This document shows positions 1 to 11,177 of a DNA stretch of 64,000 nt, in pieces; within the stretch, counting starts at the first letter, position 1, and every line of letters starts with the position of its first letter. Where the stretch lies: positions 1 through 64,000 of the forward strand of contig NIVC01000042.1 of assembly GCA_002269645.1 (NCBI GenBank). The letters are read 5' to 3'. The position numbers and the translations under genes are program-made. Source of the DNA: Macrostomum lignano. Its lineage: Eukaryota. The notes beneath the pieces were generated by a model. The model saw nothing but the letters and a program-made list of their open reading frames with translations. It made no database searches and had not been told where the DNA came from.

Positions 1-3000
1 CAATCTCACCCGATAATCGCAGCACGATAAACTCATATCAAAAGTTACCCAGATTCTGCAGCAATAATCCCAACTGCCATGAAAACCACCCCAGTGAGCA
101 GAGCAGCTCAGCGCCAAACGCGTCTGACTCGACCCTGGTTCGACTCCGTGAGTATAGCCCATTAATTTGAGGCTCGGCACGAAAAATTGAGACCGGGTTG
201 TTGTGACATTCACACCCATGAGTGCCAACCTCTTCGATGGCACGCCTTACGTGCGTGATTGGTTTAGATTGATTTGCACCCACTGTCCCAGCCGCGCTCG
301 AGATTTTGGACAATAAAAAACAGAACAGAAAAATTATCAATCAACTGCATGCCCTTCAAGACTTCTCCAAGAAGCTCCCCTCATCCAATTGACTTTCAAA
401 GAAGAAGCTTTGCAATGCAATCGAATCCAAGAACAGATTGCAGCTATGGGGCTTCTGGAAATCTTGTTTTCTTTTCTTGGAAATCCCTAAGTCTCGCTTT
501 CTACCCTCATTTCTCTCTTTCCCTTCTGACGCTTCATCAAGTTCACGGGGGCCTGGCATGAGGATCTAAGATTCCTTTGGGCTTCGAGCTTCTGGTCGCT
601 AATTGCTTGTTGCTGGCCTCCGATGCGCGGAGGGTTTCCAAGTCCATTCTGGCAGGCCGGCCGAAATCCCCCTCCACCTCTTCCTGTGTCCATCCCGGCT
701 TGCAATTCCCTCTGTTGAGTGACGCGTGAGCGACCTCCCCCCCACCCCCCAGGATTTTGGCACTTTCAGTCAGTCTACTGAAAGAGAGAATTGTTGAATC
801 GGGCGGCCCAACGCGAACACGTAGACCTGACAGAATCACACGCTTCCTTTCCAAGGGGAGCTTCTTTTTTCTCTCCGATGTTTCGCCTCAGCTCCCGTTT
901 CCATATCTGTTTAGTGCATTAAAGTTTCCCGCGGTGTTGATGCGTCTGGCAAACAAGGGCGATAAACAGTGCTTCAGAAATGAAGATAGAGAGGAAATAA
1001 TGGGGCCTACAGATGAAGAAACAGGTTGCAGAAATATAATAGCTGTACTTTGCTCATTTGTCAGAGCCGTGATAACGTTTCTTGTCTGCCAGATAACTAT
1101 AAAAGAAAGTTTTAGAAAATCTTTGGCTACTGTTATCAGCAAAAAACAACTTTCCAAGAGTAAATGTTTGAACTTTTTTTCGAATGGCATCCGCAGAGAG
1201 TCGAGTTAATGAAAAAGTCGAAGTAAGGCATCGCTTTTTAACTTTGTACGTAGAGCTAATTTAAATTGGATTGAAATGCACTTAGTGTACTCAATATCCG
1301 CCTTAAATTTTTATTGGTTCGAGGGTAGGAGAATTCAGGGGTGAGGGGCTACGACTCCGCATTCTCGACCTTAATTCTGATTGGCTGAAGCCACTCACAG
1401 GAGGGGTTGAAAATTTGGGGTGAGGGGCTGCGACTCCGCATTTCCGACCTTAATTCTGATTGGCTGAAGCCACTCACGGAGGGGTAGAAAATTTGGGGGT
1501 GAGGGCTACGACTCCACATTCCCGACCTTAATTCTGATTGGCTGAAGCCACTCACGGAGAGGTAGAGAAAATGGGAGTAAGGGGCTGCGACTCCGCATTG
1601 CTTATTTTATTGGCTGAAGCCTGAAGGCTCTACATATATTTTTTTAGGTCTGTTATTACACTAGTTTTCCGAAATTTCACTTAATTTATTTTCAATTTTC
1701 CACAGGCTCCTATCAGCGACTGTCGCTCATCTTTAGACTCCGCAGAAATGTTGGCTTCTTTGTATTCCAAACGTACCTGCCGTCCATTCTAATCGTTATG
1801 CTGTCCTGGGTGTCATTCTGGATTAATCACGAGGCAACTTCGGCTCGCGTAGCACTCGGTATGTACGCGTGCATCGCTACTCATGGCAGTAGTAGTATAG
1901 CAGTATAGCACTATTGGAGACGGTAGTTCTGGGCGTTTTCTGCTTGGATTTCTTGTAGAATGCATCGAATAGGAAGCATACGTAAATTGTATCCGTCGAA
2001 AACTGCATTCGAATCGAGCACATAGCCCTGGAAATTAGGCAGAAATAAGTAAGAGAAAAAAACCGCGGATAAAATCTTTATTATATCAGGAAATGTTTTA
2101 TTTAGCTGCTCTCATATCAAGGTAAACTACTCGTAGTTCGGGTTCCCAGCCGTTACATTTTATAATTTACCGATAAACGGCTTCTCCGTTACTATATTAC
2201 TACAGGCATCACCACCGTTCTCACCATGACTACAATCAGCACAGGCGTTCGTTCCTCCCTGCCTCGTATCAGCTACGTAAAAGCCATAGACATTTACCTG
2301 GTGATGTGTTTTGTGTTTGTGTTCGCCGCTCTGCTGGAGTACGCCATGGTGAATTACACTTATTGGGGCGCCAGGGCCAAGCGGAAGGCCAAACGGTTGA
2401 GAGACGCCAGCAGCGGAAATAACACACGAGGCAACTGCTCTGGAGACTTCATTGACAACTCGGTGAGGCCTCCTGCTAGGGATAAAAAATTCTCTGTTTA
2501 ACCGGCTTAGTTTTAGTAGTATTTTACGAGCTAGAAGTATTTGAGAGCTTAACTAGTTGGATTATAATTGGCTTGCGTACTTTTCTGGGTAGAGTAGAAT
2601 TTTCGAAACCAAAGCTTTGGGCTCTGATTGGCTGACAGGGAGTAGAAAAGAAGGTCTGAGTCAACGAGATGGGTTCTGATTGGCTGACATGGGGTATAGA
2701 GAACTTTTTTAGCCAATAAAGTCGGACTCGGATTGGCTGACCCTAAAGCAGCATTTTAGATCCTAGAAACGGTGTTTCTTATTGGTATAGCCAGATCGGC
2801 GTTCATATGGCTTTATCTGTCTGGTTTCAGAACACAGAGCTTTTTTAGTGCGTAGCCAAAACACCATGAGTGTCAAAATTAGGGCTCTAAAACCTTTTAA
2901 AGAAGGATTTAACTTAACGTAACCTCATCCGCATGCCTTAGTACTTTTCCTGTCAGCTAAGTTGTTCTCTGATTGTCTCCATCAAACTCCTCTCTGCAGC

Positions 3001-3581
3001 ACTCGGGCGTTGATCTGAACAATCAGCGCATGTCGCCGATAATTGGCCTACGAATTCGACGCTTGAATCAGCAGCTGCACCAGCAGCAGCAGCAGCAGCA
3101 AAGCGAAGACGAAAGCCGAGAAGAGGAGACCAGCATTCAGTCGTGCCCTCAGCAGCAGCAGCAGCAGCCGGAGCCGCCGCCTCCATCATCCGTGCCCGTC
3201 TACCCGATGAGTCCCCATGTGCCCTACATCAGCCGGCCGGGCTGCTACCTGGGCGCCAGTGGATCTGGTCTCGGCGGCAGCAGCGGCGGCAGCGGAGGCG
3301 TCGGCGGCGGCATTGCAGGCGTTGGTCGCAGCTACCTTCGCCAACGTCGCGTAACCGCTGGCAGCCTTGGTGGGGGCGGCTTCGACAGGCGGCATCAGCA
3401 CCAGCGAGCGGCTGCCGCGGTCATCGGGCAGCAGCTACGACAGCGGGCGTTGCAGATCCGGGCGCGAATGCCGCGCATCAAGGATGTGAACAAGATTGAC
3501 AAGTACTCCAGGCTGGCCTTCCCGTCGCTGTTCGTCCTGTTCAACCTGTGCTACTGGTGCTTCTACCTGCTCACCGGCTGA
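1..3581 (+). CDS. LCCH3: GABA-gated Cys-loop receptor beta-like subunit (LCCH3/GAB-1 type), 5'-partial. Exons 1706-1858, 2206-2462 and 3000-3581, plus a probable upstream exon <1-147.
   Basis: Spliced translation [105 protein letters not shown] is the M1-M3 region typical of LCCH3/GAB-1. The final exon ends with M4 ([25 protein letters not shown]). All junctions are GT-AG and phase-compatible. The M3-M4 loop has polyQ and polyG runs. Confidence 0.93.
150..1200 (-). mobile_element. Possible degenerate LINE endonuclease (EEP) fragment in an intron
   Basis: Minus-strand frames give [24 protein letters not shown]...[10 protein letters not shown] (like YRPP...GDFNA) and [12 protein letters not shown] (like PTRV...STLID). 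The frames are broken. Confidence 0.35.
1320..1620. repeat. Intronic tandem repeat, ~78-79 bp x ~4
   Basis: GACCTTAATTCTGATTGGCTGAAGCCACTCAC recurs at ~78-bp spacing. Confidence 0.85.
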
Positions 3582-4859
3582 GCCAAACGGCCTTGTCTCT
3601 TCCCTTTGCTTCAGCGATTTTATGTTGTTGTCCCGCTGGTCAGCTGCTGTTTTGCTAACGATTTGGCTGCAAATCCTGTCGATTCTTTAGATAATATTTT
3701 ATTAGAATCTTAATCGCGAGCAGTTCACTGGCCCCTTGTTTGCAGCATACATTCTTAACCAAAACAGACAACATTGAGGGCAATAAAGCCTTCAGTCCTA
3801 AGCAGTTGAATTCGGCCATTTTACGGAATATTTTAGTCCACAGTGCTTTTATACACTATACCAATACAGCATAGATTTCTGGCTATTGTGGACTGCTCGT
3901 GGCTTTTCAGTCGTGTTACTTTTTCTCAAACAGAACAGATTGGCATTGCAATGTTAACTCAAGAGCCATTCGAGCGTAAAGTAACATGTAATTAGTTAAC
4001 AAATTTTTTATTTAGTATATTTTCTTACAATCGCTTGAGCCTTCAAAATAGTACGTGGCAATTACGTTATAACAAATTAAGCTACAATTAACTATATTAC
4101 GGCTTAATCGCTACCGTGCTGACAAGTCATAAGTTCATACTCATGACAAAGATTCAGTTCCATTATTTATGTCTACGTCAGACACAAGACTCATAAAATT
4201 TGTAAGTGGATGATTAAACAGAATGAACGCAAAACTGCTGTAAATTCTCTCTGATGACATGTTTTAGTAGATTAATGTTTCTATTTAACTGCAAAATTTG
4301 ACAAAATTTATTTCATTTACGAAGCAACCTTCACACACATTGACAGATGAAGTTTGAGTTTCCCAATAAAATGGCTTTACATGAATAGTATATTTATATG
4401 CATGATTATCACTTTTTAATTTACGAAACCGTGACAGAATATACGACTAATTATAGCTGCACTTTCTAATCCACTATGATCCTTAGTTAGGTATTGAAAA
4501 TATATAAAACAGAAACTCATATTACACAGGAAACTAATTGAGTTAGGAGTATTATAACAAAATAATTAAATAAACATATTATTAGGTACGGAGAATTTCA
4601 AGGTTTTTTCTGTTTTTTGTAAAAAAATCTGCGCAATATGCCTCTACGCTAGATTATTGTTCTAACAAAAATTTGAAGACATATTTTACTGATGATAGTG
4701 ACGCTCGTACTACACAAAAAGCAATAATGTAGCTTACACAAACGTATACACAATAATAGAGTAAAATAAGCAGTAATTGATTAAGAATTGGATAATAATG
4801 AACCCTTTTCACAAGTTTTACACCATTCGACCCTACGCATATAGATATGAATATAGCAT

Positions 4860-7338
4860 CAGCGACAGACATCGATATAGCCTCGATGATAGGCTTCATA
4901 GAACTTGATACACATGTACTCGTAAATTTATTCAGAGCTAATTATGGCATGGATGTCAAGCCAAGATACAAGGCCAAGTGCAACTGCCAACTTCCGCGAC
5001 GAACTGACCAAGCCGATAGTATAGTTAAGACTGCTGCTGTCGGAGAGCTTTGAGTTGCCTCTACCTGCTTCTCAATGTGACTCTCTCGATGGAAGCAACG
5101 CGACACTCCGGTCTCTAATTGAACGCGTATCAGTGCTTTACCAGAGAGCTGAAGTGTTTTTAACGCCAACTTTGATTCATATGAACTGCGATTTACTCGT
5201 GCATTTCAGAAATGACGAACGAGACTTGGCTTGGTTCGGCCACATTCCATAAGATGACGTCACGGAGTCAGCGCGTCGCTTGCACAGTCGCTTCGCGGAG
5301 CACGAGTCGGACTTGGAGCTGTTGCCGCCATCGACATCCAGACGCGCTTTCACGGACGCCTTCATGTTTCGATGAATTGCTTCTTCAGTTTCAGCCGCTG
5401 TGAGGTTCAGGCACAGAGGGAGATGTCTAAACTCCCAGGTTGTAGGCTCAGGTGTCGGGCTGCAGTTGTACCTCTGCTGTCTGTCCCTCGCCATCTCCGA
5501 ATAGTAGCAGTGAGCCTCGCTGTAGCTGAACGCATCTGCGGCGCCGTTGTACGGGTTCAAGAACAGAACTGGGTCGTCGTGTTTCTCAACGCACTGGCCG
5601 GGAAAGTCCGCCGGTGTCATCTGGGCATCTTGCATTGCGATGGAGACGTCGTAGGCTCGACCGGGACCCAGGCTGATCACATTAGAGGTGAATCGAGACG
5701 GGTAGTGACCTCTGGGCGTCAGGTAGAGATACATTCCGCTGCCTTTATCGAACCCGATCGGATTCTCCAGGTTCCAGTCGAATGGATATAATGTTATCTG
5801 ATGACCAGATACGACAACAGACATTGTTGGAAGCCGGTCTGTATGGTTTGAAAACAGGCCAAGCTTATCGAAGTCAAAGAAGTAAGGATCGAGAAGCAGG
5901 TCGAGCTGCAATCTGTTGTTCGTATTCTGCATCCGAGATAACTCAGCATCGGTGAGGGCAAGCTTGAAGCACTTCAGATGGTTCGGGTGGAACAGCGTCT
6001 CTACCGCGATCGGGGAATTCAGACTGCGATCTGAGCCTGCACTGAAGATTCCGTAGTTTCCGTAGAATGTCTGCAGCTTTCTCTGACCCACAATGTCCGC
6101 CAGAGTTCTGTAGGGCAGAGACTGGATCAAGCTTGTTGGCCGAAGTTCGCGCAGTGTTGTGTTTTCACTCTCCGACGCATTCAGAGATCCGAGAGCGGCA
6201 TCGAATGCAGTCTGAGCAGCATCGACCGGTATGTTCACCTGGTCCGCCTCTGACCTGTTCAGTCGGTAGCAGGGGCGTCGCCATGGATTTTATGGTGGGG
6301 GGACAAAGCCAATAATTATACTAGTACGTGTACATGACAAAATTCTTACATGTACATTATTTTCAGAATCGGTGTTGTCAGCACTCATTTTGGCGCCGCA
6401 GGCATTCATTTTAGCGCCGCAGGCACTCATTTTAGCGCCGCAGGTTACTCATTTTGGCGCCGCAGCCACTCATTTTAGCGCCGCAGGCACTCATTTTAGC
6501 GCCGCAGGCACTCATTTTAGCGCCGCAGGCACTCATTTTAGCGCCGCAGGTTACTCATTTTGGCGCCGCAGCCACTCATTTTAGCGCCGCAGGCACTCAT
6601 TTTAGCGCCGCAGGCACTCATTTTAGCGCCGCAGGCACTCATTTTAGCGCCGCAAGCACTATGTATTGTCGCCCTGCAGAAAAATTATTGATTTCCATAA
6701 CGGTTCACAGGGTGGAGTGGGGGACAAAGAATTGGCCCCCCTGTCCCCCCCCCCCGTTGGCGACGCCGCTGGTCGGTAGATAAACGAGCCAGCGGCTTGG
6801 AGACTGTTGCAAAAGTAGACATCGGGAACTCGAATGGAACCTTTTCCGCTTGGAACTCTGACCTTACGCTCGGACTGTTCAGGCGTCGAATGTAGACGGT
6901 ACAGGTGTTTAGCAGAAGGCCCAGGAAGCTCAAGAATGCCAGAAGCCAGAAGATCCTCTGCACAACGGTCCTCTGCTTGCAGGGTCAATATGTTGTATTT
7001 TCTTCACAATGAAGAACTCGCGTGCGGTCAGATCAGTAACCGGAGAGTTTTCCCGCGTCAAATTAGTACCTCAGCTGTTTCCAGACTTGGCGTATGCGGA
7101 TACAGCTTTGCATCGAAGCTGAGGGAAGTATTTTGAGGGCACAGAAGCTCAGAATCCCAAAAGCCATGGATACAGATGATCCTCTGCACAACGGTGCGAC
7201 TTGCAGGGGCCTCACGGCCGATGGTGTGAGCTGTGTGCAGTGGTGTTCGCCACGGATTTTTTCACTATCCCGGACAGAGAGGCGCTGGGCGTCCATTCCC
7301 CGGCAATTTCTGGGGGGAGGCTTGATGACAGAGTACAA
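4860..7338 (-). pseudogene. Intronless DEG/ENaC (ASIC-like) channel pseudogene, or a disrupted allele
   Basis: NTTAH-like pre-M1 motif, TM1 QRIFWLLAFLSFLGLLL, FP/DVYFCN split by a 1-nt frameshift near 6825, a 353-aa Cys-rich ectodomain ORF (5177-6238), and TM2 remnants QFVAEVG and LALYLGLT in different frames. A MITE is inserted in the coding sequence. Confidence 0.85.
6270..6771. mobile_element. hAT-like MITE, 502 bp, with an internal 21-bp tandem array
   Basis: TIRs CAGGGGCGTCGCCA / TGGCGACGCCGCTG; perfect 8-bp TSD GTCGGTAG (6262-6269 and 6772-6779); internal ACTCATTTTAGCGCCGCAGGC repeats. Confidence 0.93.
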
Positions 7339-8132
7339 TCTTGCTGTGCAGCAGCTGGTAGGAAATTGGAGCTTGGCATTTGCTTGTCGATCAGCTCACC
7401 ATTCAAAAATAAAAAAGAATTTCTATTTGCATACATGTACATGTACTTAGGGTACTTGGCAAGGTTGTCTCGGAAACGAGTGAAGCAGATGGCTGGTGCA
7501 GGTCTATTTTCTGGGCTGTTGAGCTTCTGCTCGATGACGAAATTCAAAGCAAATCGAACATGTCGCACTTTGCAGAAATTTAGAGTTTGCTTTCTTCTTA
7601 ATTCATACGCAGCAGCAGCAGCTTCACTGTATAATGCAATCTTTTTCTAGGATTATCACGGCATCCAGAGCATAGTTCAGCGCTTTCCAGAATCTTCTCG
7701 AGCTCTATATGAGACGCCGCATCCCGTGACCGCTGGTGATCCTCCTGCGAAATTTCGGTTGAATATGCTCAAGCTGGATTTATCTAGTTGGTATAATAGC
7801 TCGATCGTATTCAGTTTAATTTTTGTTTTTCTTTGATCCTTGTTTAAGATTTCGACACTGACAGACACAAATATAATCTGGAAATACGAGTACATGCATG
7901 TAAAGCACGATGGACCCTTACGATCGGGCAGTTGTGCCATTTGCCAGGAAATTTTTATTGTCTGGAAGCCTGTAGAATATGCATTTATTAACTATTATAT
8001 ATTTTCGTAAAGCCTGTGTACTCAAAGACCACTGTATACAGTGGTCCTTGCTAGTACTATAGTGGTCCGTGATAACAATGTGATGCGATATGACGTGTGA
8101 AGTGGTAAATTGGTAAATATGCATGCACGTTG

Positions 8133-8862
8133 CAAGGACGACTGGAGTAGAAGGACAGGAAACCTCGTTTCTTAGAAAATTTTAGAAGGCAGGTTTTCCT
8201 GAAAAAATACACTATGGAGATAGGAAGTTTTCATTTTTTTACAACAAAAATTGTTAATTGCTTTTGATAGGAGACAGTTCATCTTTTGATATGTTGTGCC
8301 TTTCTTATTGCTCGATTGATATTCTGATATTCATACAGCTTTTCGTTCAAAAAATTAGGATTCTAAGCATACAAACCTTAGAGATTTAGTATATTTAGAT
8401 GTTAATTTTTTATTCTACGTACATTTGCACGTGTCTTGTGCCTAAAACCATTAAAATTGCACGGCCGGCTCGTCTCTTTGGCCTTATGATTCTATTTTAT
8501 CATTCTTAGCTGACTGTGTAACAAATGTGTAACAGAGATGATAAAATAGGTTCATAAAACCATAGATTGGAGCTGTGCTATGCATTTTTATGAGTTTTAG
8601 GTACAGCAAAAAACGTTGAATAAAAATTTACATAGAATACTAATTTTTTGAACGAAAAGCTTTACGATGGATAGAGCAATAAGAAAGGCACAACATATCA
8701 AAAGATGAACACTGGATCTGCCTCCTATCAAAAGCAATAACAATTTTTGTGCTGAAAAAATGAAAACTTCCTATCTCCGTAGCGTATTTTTTTCGGGAAA
8801 ACCTGCTTTCTAAAATTTTCTAAAAAACGTGGTTTTCCGTCCTTCTACTTAAGTCGTCCTTG
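8133..8862. mobile_element. Foldback MITE (P- or hAT-like), 730 bp, nearly fully palindromic
   Basis: Ends CAAGGACGACT / AGTCGTCCTTG; perfect 8-bp TSD GCACGTTG (8125-8132 and 8863-8870); arms ~270 bp plus an inner inverted segment. Confidence 0.9.
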
Positions 8863-9051
8863 GCACGTTGCATATCCTCAATATAAGACAATATTTTAAT
8901 TTTTAATTATTAAAACTTGTCTCTTAGACATCGATATGTAAAAAGTCCTAGTTTTTAATATATTTTTTTAAAAGCCTGCTATCTTTAATATCAATACAAT
9001 TTGAGTTTTGTTTTACTTTGATCTTTGTTTAATATTTTGAGACTGAGAGGC

Positions 9052-11100
9052 CACCCGAGTGGCATCGATCTTATCGGGAGTAGATGTACCATTTTTTACC
9101 GATGTTATCGGGTTGAAAACATGGCGGGAATGTCGGCAACATGTCATCATCCCGATATAATCGGGGCATAATGCTTTTAAATTGAGCATGTTTTGCGTTT
9201 ATTTGAATTTCACGTTGCTAAATGTATAGAACTGGCCTAGCGTATTCATTTGCATAAAATATATATTATGCTTGTGCTTCATGTGTTTGAAACTTTACTC
9301 GAGGTCAAGGCTCCCCTCAGTGTGGAGAGTTTTTGTATACAGGCTACAGGTTTTTATAACTATGACAAATATTAATTAATGCTTTTACTTGGGTGCTTTT
9401 ACAAATTCATCACCATTTACTCTAACCAATAAAATATTAATATTATTAATGTTACCTAAGAGTGACAAACTGCAAAACTTCTTCAAGTTAGGCCTACCTA
9501 AAAATTGTTTGAAACCTTTAGACCAAAATAGGAAGAATTGATTTTAATTTATTGTCTATATATTTGATTATTTCTGCAAAGCCAAAATTATTAAATTCTT
9601 AAATTCTTCTAGACCTTATAGAAGACTTCTTTCCTTAATTTATATTAGGAAAACTTTTGAAATATTAATATGGTCATGGATTAACTTAACTATAGCTAAA
9701 AACTTTGAAAAGGAAGACAGAATAGGAGTCTAGACTATAGTCCTAGAAGGGGACAGATAGGGTATATCTATATTATATTGTCCTTTTATTGTCTATACTA
9801 CCAATATATTCCTTATCCTTATGCTAGGCTCCTACTCTCTATATCCCTATATCCTCCTTGCCTTCCTACTAGCCCCCTAACCTCTCCTAACCTCCTAAGG
9901 ATTCCCATATCCTTATTGCTCTCCTACTAGGCTTTTATCCTCTATACCTTCTATATATTTTTCCTTACCCTATTGCTAGGTTCTAATCCACCAAACACTA
10001 TGCCCTCATTATCCTCTATATCCTCCTTTCCCATCTACTGGGTCTTACCTTCTATAATATATATCCTCTTGACCTCTTATCCTCTTGCTGGCTCCTATCC
10101 TCCATATCCTCAATATCCTTCTCTTTTTACTAGGCTCCTACCCTCTATAGTCTATACCCTCCTTACCCTCCTTCCCCACCTGCTGGCTCCTACCTTCCAT
10201 ATCTTCTTATTCTCTTGCTAGGCTCCTACCCTCCATGCCTTCCATACCCTCTATGTCTCCTCCTAGGCTCCTTTCCTCTATGCCTTCCATGTCCTCCATG
10301 TCTCTACTCTCCTAGGCTCCTACCCTCCATGTCCTTCTTACCCTCCATACCCTCCATGCCCTCCATACCCTCCATGCCTCATAGGTTCTTACCCTCCATG
10401 CCCTCCATACCCTCTATGCCTCCTAGGCTCCTACCCTCCATGCCCTCTATACCCTCCATACCCTCCTTGTCCTCCTACCCTCTATACCCTCTTATCCTCC
10501 TGCTAGGCTCTTACCCTCCATGCCCTCCATACCCTCCATGCCTCCTCCTAGGCTCCTACCCTCCATGCCGTTCTTACCCTCCATACCCTCCATGCCTCCT
10601 AGGTTCTTACCCTCCATGCCCTCTATACCCTCCATGCCCTCCATACCCTCCATGCCCTTCTTACCCTCCATACCCTCTTACCCCCTCCTAGGCTCCTACC
10701 CTCCATGCCCTCCATACCCTCCATGCCTCCTCCTTGGCTCCTACCCTCCATACCCTCCATGCCTCCTCCTAGGCTCCTACCCTCCATGCCCTCCATACCC
10801 TCCATACCCTCTTACCACCCTGCTAGACTCCTACCCTCCATGCCCTCCATACCCTCCATGCCTCCTCTTAGGCTCCTACCCTCCATGCCCTCAATACCCT
10901 CCATACCCTCCTTGCCTCCTCCTAGAGTCCTAGGCTCCTATCCTCCATGCCCTCCATACCCTCCTTTCCCTCCTTGCCCTCCTTGCCCTCCTACCCTCCT
11001 TGCCCTCCTTACTCTCCTGCTAGCCTCCTACCCTCTATGCCTCTATCCTCCTTGCACCTGCCTTTCCCCCTACCCTCCATACCCCCCTCCATCTCCCCCG
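9052..11100. repeat. Left TIR of the KDZ element: ~730 bp AT-rich arm followed by a CCCTCCAT(A/G)/CTAGGCTCCTA pyrimidine-rich array
   Basis: Reverse complement of the right end. The predicted ORF 9973-10221(+) has the same translation as 23224-23472(-). Only small indels are visible, e.g. 6 bp near 9580. Confidence 0.92.
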
Positions 11101-11177
11101 GCCCCAACCCCCATATCCTTCATAGCCTCCTTGCCGCAGCTCTTTTATCTTACATGCTTCTATCCTATTTGTTCCAG

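Noticed and set aside
757-1209. 150-aa plus-strand ORF in the receptor intron
   Set aside because: No recognisable motif; more likely the antisense of a decayed LINE fragment.
9046-9051. Alternative reading of the KDZ ends as CCACCC...GGGTGG with a 5-bp TSD (AGAGG)
   Set aside because: Formally compatible. The longer 7-bp match with CAC...GTG ends was preferred; more copies are needed to decide.
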